Shown: piece by piece, positions 1 to 7,645 of the stretch
How positions within the stretch are numbered: the stretch's first letter is position 1
Layout of the letters: the number at the start of each line of letters is the position of its first letter
NCBI GenBank assembly: GCA_046758765.1
Contig: JBHIAW010000003.1
Span: 1 to 45,435 of the forward strand
Direction of reading: 5' to 3'
Length of the DNA: 45,435 nucleotides
Origin: a bacterium
GTDB taxonomy: Bacteria > Zhuqueibacterota > Zhuqueibacteria > Oceanimicrobiales > Oceanimicrobiaceae
The notes under the pieces: generated by a model
What the model was told of the DNA's origin: nothing
Database searches by the model: none
Seen by the model: only the letters and a program-made list of their open reading frames with translations
Translations under genes and position numbers: made by a program

Positions 1-985
1 TCTTGGAGTGATCTCCCATAAAAAGTCCTACAAACTGAGAACCACTGTCAACCCATTTCCCATCCACGTAGACTTTCACTGTTCCGAAGTTATTTTTCAA
101 ATCGCTGTTGTTGGTATCGGCTCCGAGGTTAATCCGCTGTCCTAAATAAGCATGGCCTAAAAACCCTTCATGCTGTTTGTTACTGTAAGAATGAATAATC
201 GACCTTTCTATTTCGCCACCAACTTTACAGACTTCGCCAATGGATGTCCCTTCGTAAATCCTCGCCCCAATTTTGATTGTAGAATTATCACCAACAAAGG
301 CTGGGCCCACAATGACAGCATTAGGCATGACCGTTGTATTATTACCTATATAAACAGGTCCCTGCGCTGCATCCAAAACAACACCTGGTTTGATCTTGGA
401 GTTTTGTCCTATGTAAATCCGCTGTTCAGTTAATAAAGCTGCATGTTCAGAGATTTCTCCCTGTATTTGACCGCCAAGGTCTAAATAATTAAAGTCATGT
501 TCTATTTCCTTTTCATTCTTATTGATCAAATCCCAAGGATAGTTGATTATTTCCGCGTGTATCTCTACTATATCGACATTACTAAACCATTCAACCTGAA
601 ATGGTTTCTCAGAAATCAATTGCATTTTTTTAACATTGGCTCCACGTAAGAAAGCCGCTACCACCTCACCTTTGCACATACAAATGCGTTCTTGTCTGGT
701 TTCTACCGATTCTAAAAGTTTTGATTCAAACAAAACTCGGCCGTTGATAAAAAGACAATTCTCAGCATCAATTTGATTTACTCTGGCTCTGGGATTTTGC
801 TCTTTAACAATTTCTGCTAAATAATCTCGACAAAATAAGTAGGTAGAAGCCTGGGAAAATTGTCTCAAGACTTTGTCTTTTAAACTTGATATTCCGCACC
901 GCAACTCCCATGAAGGTCGCGTTAAAGTTAACGGATATAGTTGATTGGAATAAGAATCTTCAAATATACAGATGCTAAATACCAT
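1..985 (-). CDS. GlmU-like putative sugar nucleotidyltransferase / hexapeptide acyltransferase (FCB alternative GlmU family), 3' end runs off the window
   Basis: Not in the ORF track because it is open at the window edge. I translated it from ATG 985 (RBS GGAGGG upstream): MVFSICIFED...LYPLTLTRPSWELRCGI...IINYPWDLI...GVVLDAAQGPVYIG...KVGGEIERSIIHSYSNKQHEGFLGHAYLG..INLGADTNNSDLKNNFG. This is an N-terminal NTP-transferase-like region followed by left-handed beta-helix repeats. Confidence 0.8.
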   Translation of the reverse strand, partial: MVFSICIFEDSYSNQLYPLTLTRPSWELRCGISSLKDKVLRQFSQASTYLFCRDYLAEIVKEQNPRARVNQIDAENCLFINGRVLFESKLLESVETRQERICMCKGEVVAAFLRGANVKKMQLISEKPFQVEWFSNVDIVEIHAEIINYPWDLINKNEKEIEHDFNYLDLGGQIQGEISEHAALLTEQRIYIGQNSKIKPGVVLDAAQGPVYIGNNTTVMPNAVIVGPAFVGDNSTIKIGARIYEGTSIGEVCKVGGEIERSIIHSYSNKQHEGFLGHAYLGQRINLGADTNNSDLKNNFGTVKVYVDGKWVDSGSQFVGLFMGDHSK

Positions 986-1014
986 ATTCCCTCCATCTTA
1001 ATTTCCAATTAATC

Positions 1015-1671
1015 TTACTTTATGTTAATGTTTTTATAACCATGAATCGTTAAATTCTTCCGACCATTAGCAATATAATTAAAACGAAATAGCGAGGCAA
1101 TTACAAACTTTTTCCTTTTTTGCCACCATTTTTCACAAAAAATAAGATTTTTACGTATTGTTCGTTCAGCATCACCAGTTGTACATCCATCAGTAATCAT
1201 TTTTATAATACCAGCGTTAGCACATCGACCAAAACTTTTTTCTAAAAATGGAATAAAAACAAAACGATCTTGAAAGCCAATATAAGAAAAAGCTTTTTTC
1301 TCCGCTGAAATCGAATCTTTGCCGAGGATATGAGCTGAGAAACATGCAATCATATAACAAATCTTATTTTTAAGCAATTGATTGTTTTGTAGGTCAATTA
1401 AAGCTTTTCCATCACTTCCAAACAAAGAAGTGCCGGAATCACCACCATGACCATAGAATACCACAACACCAACCTGACTTACGATTTTATGAAGAACCCC
1501 TTCAACTTTTTTCCTCATAGCTTCCTTATGTTTAAGGTCAAAAACAATATAAACATCTGCATCCAAGAACTTTTTTAGTACCTTTGAGGCCCAAATGTAT
1601 GTAAATTTCGTTGCATCATTCTTTGTTGTTTTAAGTCTGGGTCTAATTAATACGACTTTCTTTTTTTCCAT
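1015..1671 (-). CDS. Standalone caspase/gingipain-fold (clan CD, peptidase C25-like) cysteine protease-like protein
   Basis: Hydrophobic strand + GHG (VVVFYGHGG, H75) and hydrophobic strand + AC (ICYMIACFSA, C110) form the His-Cys dyad pattern of clan CD peptidases. There is no signal peptide. The start overlaps the upstream stop (TAATG). Confidence 0.6.
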   Translation of the reverse strand: MEKKKVVLIRPRLKTTKNDATKFTYIWASKVLKKFLDADVYIVFDLKHKEAMRKKVEGVLHKIVSQVGVVVFYGHGGDSGTSLFGSDGKALIDLQNNQLLKNKICYMIACFSAHILGKDSISAEKKAFSYIGFQDRFVFIPFLEKSFGRCANAGIIKMITDGCTTGDAERTIRKNLIFCEKWWQKRKKFVIASLFRFNYIANGRKNLTIHGYKNINIK

Positions 1672-2315
1672 TATTCCCCCCTAAAAAACTCTGCCTCCAT
1701 TCTTTTGAGGTCTTCTTCATCAATTTTTTCGCTAGCTAGTGAATCAATTATGGTCTCCAAGATAGCTTTCCTTTGGGCTAATCCAATCGGAGTCTTCTTC
1801 TTAATTTGGTTATAAAGTTCTTCAAGTGAATATTTTTCACCACTTGTAGTTATAAGAAAAATCTTTTCGGGATGAGGGCTACGCTTTACAACGTCCTCAA
1901 TGGCTTCAAGGATTTCATCTTCTTTTAATTCAAGTAGGTCTTTTATAGTTAAAATAAGTTTCTCTTCATCCCAGGGTTTTCCAAAGTAAGCATCCGCATT
2001 ACCTTCTTTAAACGCGAAGCCGATGTCATCGTAACCAGCTTTGCCTGTAAGAAGGATCTTTTTAATCCATGGATATTTCTCATTTATATCTTTAAATAGT
2101 CTTGACCCTTGGTCATGACCAGGCATAATTTCATCTGCTATAATTACTATTGGAACGTTTCTGTTCTTAAGATTTTCCAGAAACGATAAAGCTTCCTCTG
2201 GATTTTCAAAGCACTCAACCTCCACCGATTTACCCAAAGCTTCTTCTAGTTTAGATCTTAGCGCAACCAAAACTTGTTGATTATCATCAATACAAATTAC
2301 TATACCTTCGCTCAT
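1671..2315 (-). CDS. Response regulator: receiver domain plus an uncharacterised ~85-aa C-terminal domain
   Basis: Receiver motifs ICIDD, IIADEIMPG (phosphoacceptor D61), LLTG and YFGKPW are intact. The C-terminus has no recognisable HTH. ATGA overlap with the kinase stop and RBS AGGAGGTGA. Confidence 0.9.
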   Translation of the reverse strand: MSEGIVICIDDNQQVLVALRSKLEEALGKSVEVECFENPEEALSFLENLKNRNVPIVIIADEIMPGHDQGSRLFKDINEKYPWIKKILLTGKAGYDDIGFAFKEGNADAYFGKPWDEEKLILTIKDLLELKEDEILEAIEDVVKRSPHPEKIFLITTSGEKYSLEELYNQIKKKTPIGLAQRKAILETIIDSLASEKIDEEDLKRMEAEFFRGE

Positions 2316-4684
2316 TTTGCATCACCTCCTATGGGCAATATAACTGAAAATGTTGTTCGCTTTTTGTTAGAAGTAAAAGTTAGTTTTCCCCCACATCTTT
2401 CAACTACTAATTTGCTAAAGTACAATCCATAACCTGCCCATGGCCTATTACTTCCCTTTGTAGTAAAAAATATGTCAAAAATTTTATCCCTAATCTCTCT
2501 AGGAATTTCAGGACCGTCATCTCCTATCTTTACAATGATTCTATCGTTCTGTCGTTGGGTTTCAATATAAATATTTCCTTCATTCTTAATAGCTTCAATG
2601 GCGTTTTCAATTAGGTTATGCCATACCATGTTTAGAGTACCAATTTGTGCCCTAATCTTAGGAATCCCAGAAGAATAAGCTTTCTTTATCTTTATTCTTC
2701 CGTTAATCATATTCCGAAATATATTCAAAACGCGTTCCAAACCATCATGAACATCAACTTCCTCAAATCGAGATACATCAATATTTGAATATTCTCTTAA
2801 GGAGTTTGCGCTTACACTTAATTGATTAATAGAAGTTTCACAATTCTTCAAATTACTTCCGATTTCCCACACTGTTTCCAGAAAATTAAGAAGTTTTTCC
2901 TGATCATAGTTCTGTAACAAATATACAATTTTTCTCAACTTCTCTGTTATACCAACTTTAGCCAAAATTCGGCTCACTGAAATAGCATTTGAGATTTTGT
3001 GCTTAGATAAGAATTTTCCCAAACGTTTTCGATCTTTTCGCTCCTCCTTGAAACTATGCATTTCGCTGGAACTTTTCTCAAAAACATCAGCTAATAACGA
3101 CAAGTAAAACTGTTCGTCTTCCTCCGCCAACCTGAGAGTCTTAAAACTCATGTATAGCTCAATTAGATTTCTAAGAAAGTTTTTAGCATTTGCCGTTGAC
3201 TGTTTTATCGAGCCAATGGGGGAATTAAAACTGTGAAGTACACCGCCAATGATCCTCTGAGTACTGGTAACTCTTTCGATTTGTATTAATTGATTCTCCA
3301 CTGCTAGTTTTCTGCTTACATCTTCCACTAGAATCAGAAGGGTCTCTACTTCATTGGCTGTTTTGAAAAGAGGCTCGCATCTGAGACTAAGAAAGGATTT
3401 TTTACCAAATAAAGAAGTAAACTCCCTTCTTCCCCATTCGAAAGGGTTTCCTGTTTTTAATGCTTCTTTAATAAGCTCTTTAAGATCGTTAGGAACCGTA
3501 CCCAACTCAAAAATATTTTGACCAGTCGCATTGCCACCCATAATATTAATATGTGCTTGATTGACTTCGGTAATAGTTCCATCTCTATTCACACAGGCTA
3601 TGCCTATCGGCGCATGCTTAATGATTCTTGTACGAAGCTCAGATTCTCTCTTCGCTTCCTCAAGAAGTTTCATGTTTTCAATCTTAATAGCGATGAAGTT
3701 TGCCAAAGTTGTCAAAATACTTTCATCGGCCGCAGTGAACCCTCTCCCCGCCTTAACACGAGATAAACGAATGACACCTGTGACTTCACTTCTAAACTTC
3801 AAAGGCACGCCCAAATAAGGCTCTGGGTCTCCTTCTTCACCCAATATTTCAGACCACTTTGGAAATTTTCGCTGTAACCCAGGAGCTTTTTGGGCTACTT
3901 CTTCTTCATCTTTAGTGTCATAAATCCTTAGCGGTTTTCTAGATTTGGCTATCCAACCTGTCAAGCCTTCTCCAATGGAATAAACCATTTCATGCTTTTT
4001 TCCTACATTTAAGATTCCAGTTGTTGCCTCCAACATAAGTTTATTATCTTTTTTTAGAAATATTGAACAACCATCTGCTTCGAAAGCCTCGTTAATCTGC
4101 TCAACTAATTCGTTTAAGCTTAATGCCTTTATTAGAGACTGCTTGAGACGATTAAGAATCATTTCTTTCTTAAATCGAAAAGAATTTCTAATTGAATAAG
4201 CCGCGAAATCACAGACTAATTTCATAAGTCGTTCATGAGTTTTACTAAATTTTTTCACTTCTGAAGAAGTAATAGCTATAGCACCCATTGTTTTTCCATA
4301 CCTTTTTATAGGGAACACCAGACAAGATACAATCAAGTCATCAAAGAATGTCCTAAACAAAAAAGGCTCCATTTTTCTTGCATCAGATACATTATAACTT
4401 TTGCCTGTTTGGATTGTAAGACAGAGCCGTGTTACTTGTTCTATAGGATCTGGCCTGTTTTTTTTTCTTTTCTTGATATGGAAGTTTTGATCTAAGTAGT
4501 ATGCAATCAAATTCTTGTCTTTTTCGTCAACAATTAAACAAAGTCCTTTTTCACCAGCAACTAATTTCACACTTTCATCAACTAACAATTTCAGCAACCT
4601 ATCTAGTTGATGTACTTTGTTAAGCTTTCGCTGAATATTGATCAGCTTTTCATATTCTTCTATATTTTTAATTTGTTTAATCAT
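2312..4684 (-). CDS. Soluble GAF-GAF-PAS sensor histidine kinase
   Basis: Two GAF domains (LVFPIKRYGKTMGAIAI; GEGLTGWIA...YLGVPLK..VTGVIRL), a PAS domain (APIGIACVNRDGTITEVN), H-box VLHSFNSP, N-box NLIENAIEA, G1 DDGPEIP, F-box IFDIFFTTK and G2 AGYGL. The start is moved from 4753 to ATG 4684, which has RBS GAGGTG overlapping the anmK stop. No transmembrane segments. Confidence 0.9.
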   Translation of the reverse strand: MIKQIKNIEEYEKLINIQRKLNKVHQLDRLLKLLVDESVKLVAGEKGLCLIVDEKDKNLIAYYLDQNFHIKKRKKNRPDPIEQVTRLCLTIQTGKSYNVSDARKMEPFLFRTFFDDLIVSCLVFPIKRYGKTMGAIAITSSEVKKFSKTHERLMKLVCDFAAYSIRNSFRFKKEMILNRLKQSLIKALSLNELVEQINEAFEADGCSIFLKKDNKLMLEATTGILNVGKKHEMVYSIGEGLTGWIAKSRKPLRIYDTKDEEEVAQKAPGLQRKFPKWSEILGEEGDPEPYLGVPLKFRSEVTGVIRLSRVKAGRGFTAADESILTTLANFIAIKIENMKLLEEAKRESELRTRIIKHAPIGIACVNRDGTITEVNQAHINIMGGNATGQNIFELGTVPNDLKELIKEALKTGNPFEWGRREFTSLFGKKSFLSLRCEPLFKTANEVETLLILVEDVSRKLAVENQLIQIERVTSTQRIIGGVLHSFNSPIGSIKQSTANAKNFLRNLIELYMSFKTLRLAEEDEQFYLSLLADVFEKSSSEMHSFKEERKDRKRLGKFLSKHKISNAISVSRILAKVGITEKLRKIVYLLQNYDQEKLLNFLETVWEIGSNLKNCETSINQLSVSANSLREYSNIDVSRFEEVDVHDGLERVLNIFRNMINGRIKIKKAYSSGIPKIRAQIGTLNMVWHNLIENAIEAIKNEGNIYIETQRQNDRIIVKIGDDGPEIPREIRDKIFDIFFTTKGSNRPWAGYGLYFSKLVVERCGGKLTFTSNKKRTTFSVILPIGGDAK

Positions 4685-4694
4685 AGCAATCACC

Positions 4695-5873
4695 TCATAA
4701 ACAAATTTTACCCAAAATGGTTGGCTTAGCTGCGCCAGTTGCACCGGGAACATTATTAAGATTTCCCGAAATAGTTTCGTTGGCTAAAACAGCAAAACAG
4801 ACCGCCTCTTTAGCCTCCGAGGGAATGCCAAACTCATCAATAGTTTTCACTGAAATATCTTGGAATTTGTTTCGTAATGAGTTCATGATGTGCTGGTTTT
4901 CGGTGCCGCCGCCGCTAACAATCAATTCATCAATCATGGTTTTTGGGGCAGCAAATTCTTGACAACTTTGCCAAATGGCCATGACTGTGAATTCTGCGGC
5001 TGTGGCGATTAAATCAACGGGTTTCAATCTTAATCTGCTTCCCTTTGCTAAAAATTTGTCACAAAAAGCGCTGCCAAATTCTTCTCGACCCGTCGATTTC
5101 GGGGGTGGCTTCTTAAAGAATGTCTGTTCTAAGCCAAAGGCCAGAAGCTCTGGTGAGACCCGTCCGGATTCCGCCGTATGACCCTCGTCGTCAAAAGGTT
5201 TATTAAAAAGTTTCTGCATGAGGGCATCGATAACCATATTTCCGGGACCCGTGTCAAAGGCCACCACATCCTCTAAGCTACCATTTTTCTTCAAGACCGT
5301 AAGATTAGCAATGCCTCCAATATTTAGCAAGGCTCGATTTTTCTCGGAAGAACGAAACATTATGAAATCAAAATAGGGGATAAGCGGGGCACCCTGCCCA
5401 CCCTCTGCCATATCCGCTGGACGAAAATCAGCCACCGTCAAAATTCCCGTACGCTTGGCAATAACCGACGGTTCCCCCAACTGCAAAGTCGACCTTATTT
5501 TGTATTCAAAAAGAGTGGTTTCCTCAGGAAGATGCTGAACCGTCTGACCGTGTGAACCGATGAAATCCACTTGTTCTGGTTTGATAGGTGTGGCCTGCAG
5601 AAGCGCCATAACCGCATCGGCAAAGATTTCGCCTAATAGAACATTGAACCTACATATCTCATCAATCTTACCCTGCATCGAAATTTCTACAATCTTTTCT
5701 CTTAGGCCTACCGGATAAGGATAAGTAATAAAATGAATCAGATCAAGAGTGGTTTCCAACCCGTGATTTCTTATTTTCACTAAAGCGGCATCAACCCCAT
5801 CCATCGAGGTGCCTGACATAAGGCCAACGGCTACCTTTTGGCTTTTTCGTTGGATTGTTTGGAGATATTGCAT
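4695..5873 (-). CDS. anmK: Anhydro-N-acetylmuramic acid kinase
   Basis: Signature motifs GLMSGTSMDGVD, GSHGQT, DFR..D.A.GGQGAPL, NIGGIAN, FDTGPGN, PPKSTGRE and KEA..FA.LA. Confidence 0.96.
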   Translation of the reverse strand: MQYLQTIQRKSQKVAVGLMSGTSMDGVDAALVKIRNHGLETTLDLIHFITYPYPVGLREKIVEISMQGKIDEICRFNVLLGEIFADAVMALLQATPIKPEQVDFIGSHGQTVQHLPEETTLFEYKIRSTLQLGEPSVIAKRTGILTVADFRPADMAEGGQGAPLIPYFDFIMFRSSEKNRALLNIGGIANLTVLKKNGSLEDVVAFDTGPGNMVIDALMQKLFNKPFDDEGHTAESGRVSPELLAFGLEQTFFKKPPPKSTGREEFGSAFCDKFLAKGSRLRLKPVDLIATAAEFTVMAIWQSCQEFAAPKTMIDELIVSGGGTENQHIMNSLRNKFQDISVKTIDEFGIPSEAKEAVCFAVLANETISGNLNNVPGATGAAKPTILGKICL

Positions 5874-5984
5874 ATCACGCTATTTCTTTCACTAATATTT
5901 CATTTCATATTCAAAGGAGGTGTCAAGATGACTTCTGACTCTTTCAGCAAAAGTTCTGTGAGGATTTCTTTTGGTGCCACAATT

Positions 5985-7001
5985 TTACTTCCAGTCACCC
6001 CGCTGCAGTTCACCATAAACTTCACCCAAAACTTGCCAAACCTTTCGGGGGTTGTCGCTGCGGATGTAAGACATATAAGCAGTACCGTAGTAGCTCCAGG
6101 CGGCAAAATTGCGTATCCCTTCAGAGTAGGCCACAGCTACCGCCTCCTTGATTTCCTCTTCTCGTCCTGCCGGTATCTTATAAGCTTGAATCCAGATTTG
6201 TGACTCCTTATTAAATTTGTTACAGAGATTTTGTACCTCGCCCGCAAAGTCTCCAACAAATTGCCGAAGCTCTTTTTTAAAAAATATCCAGTAAGGGTCC
6301 GTACCGAAAACATCAAGACTAGGGATACTTACAACCCTAGACCAATCGGAGAGACCAAGGCTTTTTTCCTTGATAGGTAAGAGACAAACGCCATTTCTTA
6401 CGCCTTTGTCCTGAGTTGTATCACACAGCTCTTTTAAAAAATCCACCACCGACTGCTCTTGAAAACGACTGATCTCTGCAGGGGCCGCTTCTGACATTTC
6501 TTGATTCATGCTTTCTCGAAATTTTTCAATACACGCGTTGCACCGGCAATACCAATGATTGAAGCGATTCTTATCTTGAAGATTCACAAAAAAATGGGGT
6601 TCATCCCAAAACAGGACATCGGCACCAAGTTCCACAGCATCATCAATCCAGTTTAGCATAAATTGACGAAATTTAGGATGGTTCAAACAGGCTGCTGGGG
6701 CTAACTTGCCATCGGGCAAAACCTGACAGGCGTCTCTATTTTTCAACGCAAAACTGCTGTACGCTTCGCCACCGAAAACTCTGCCAATGCCCCAGGGGTC
6801 CACATAACATTCCAACCCTGCGTCCTTTGAAAGAGAAATTAATTCTTTAATGGTATCCCTATAAAATTCTTGATCATTTTCAGAAAAAGTGTGCACAATG
6901 AAATTGCAATTGTGGTTCAGAATCTCCTCCAAATCACTAACAAAGTGACGAGGATTGCGATTGCCAAAATAGCTAATTCCAGTTTTCACCGTTGCTACCA
7001 T
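5985..7001 (-). CDS. Putative TIM-barrel glycoside hydrolase-like protein
   Basis: Motifs AACLNHPKFRQFM, VLFWDEPH (acid/base-like DEP), YCRCNAC (Zn-binding-like, as in GH42-type enzymes), GTDPYW and WIQAY. No signal peptide. It lies immediately upstream of anmK. Confidence 0.55.
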   Translation of the reverse strand: MVATVKTGISYFGNRNPRHFVSDLEEILNHNCNFIVHTFSENDQEFYRDTIKELISLSKDAGLECYVDPWGIGRVFGGEAYSSFALKNRDACQVLPDGKLAPAACLNHPKFRQFMLNWIDDAVELGADVLFWDEPHFFVNLQDKNRFNHWYCRCNACIEKFRESMNQEMSEAAPAEISRFQEQSVVDFLKELCDTTQDKGVRNGVCLLPIKEKSLGLSDWSRVVSIPSLDVFGTDPYWIFFKKELRQFVGDFAGEVQNLCNKFNKESQIWIQAYKIPAGREEEIKEAVAVAYSEGIRNFAAWSYYGTAYMSYIRSDNPRKVWQVLGEVYGELQRGDWK

Positions 7002-7039
7002 CAATTAAATATAGTTTTTTTGGACGATTTATGCAATGT

Positions 7040-7636
7040 CTAAAAATGTTTGAGAGCTTGCAGAATGCGATATAGTTTTACAGTGATGAAGGAGCTGAGA
7101 AGAATTTTTATGATATCTCCTGGAATGAAAATCACGAAGCCGCCCCAGAGTGCCGTGCCAAGAGTAATCGGTTTTCCGACTATCATCTTGATATTCAAGT
7201 AAAGCACCGTAACGCCAAAAACAAAGATGATAAGCACGCCCATCAGGTTAGAGAAGCAGATGCGAAGGAAACCAGGGAGATTTGACCTATTAGAGTCATT
7301 CTTTCCCCATATCATATAGCCGATAGCATAGGCAGCTATTGGATAGCCCACAAGATACCCAAAGGTTGGTTGAAAAACATAACCGGGGCCCCCGCCATGA
7401 GCAAAAATTGGGGCGCCAAGAAGTCCAACCGTTAGATAAATGATTTGACTTATCGCTCCAAATTTCGCTCCAAGAACGGAGCCCGCGAGTATAACAAAAA
7501 ATGTTTGAAGCGTGATGGGTACATAAAAAGTCAGCGGAATTCTTAGAAACGCACCGGCAGCCGTTAAGGCAGCAAACAGACTGGACATGAGATAATTTTG
7601 ATATCTTACTCTGCCCTGATGTGTGCTTAGTGGCAT
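7040..7636 (-). CDS. bioY: Biotin transporter BioY
   Basis: Motifs VPITLQTF, LG...GA.SQIIYL.VGLLGAPIFA.GGG, PTFGYLVGY and FIPGDIIK, with multiple TM helices. Confidence 0.93.
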   Translation of the reverse strand: MPLSTHQGRVRYQNYLMSSLFAALTAAGAFLRIPLTFYVPITLQTFFVILAGSVLGAKFGAISQIIYLTVGLLGAPIFAHGGGPGYVFQPTFGYLVGYPIAAYAIGYMIWGKNDSNRSNLPGFLRICFSNLMGVLIIFVFGVTVLYLNIKMIVGKPITLGTALWGGFVIFIPGDIIKILLSSFITVKLYRILQALKHF

Positions 7637-7645
7637 AGGACGTCT

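Noticed and set aside
170-433. 87-aa plus-strand ORF
   Set aside because: It is an antisense shadow of the GlmU-like gene (1-985, minus), which has clear family motifs.
4685-4753. Extended kinase N-terminus in the ORF track
   Set aside because: It overlaps anmK by 59 nt. ATG 4684 has a good RBS, so the extension is unlikely.
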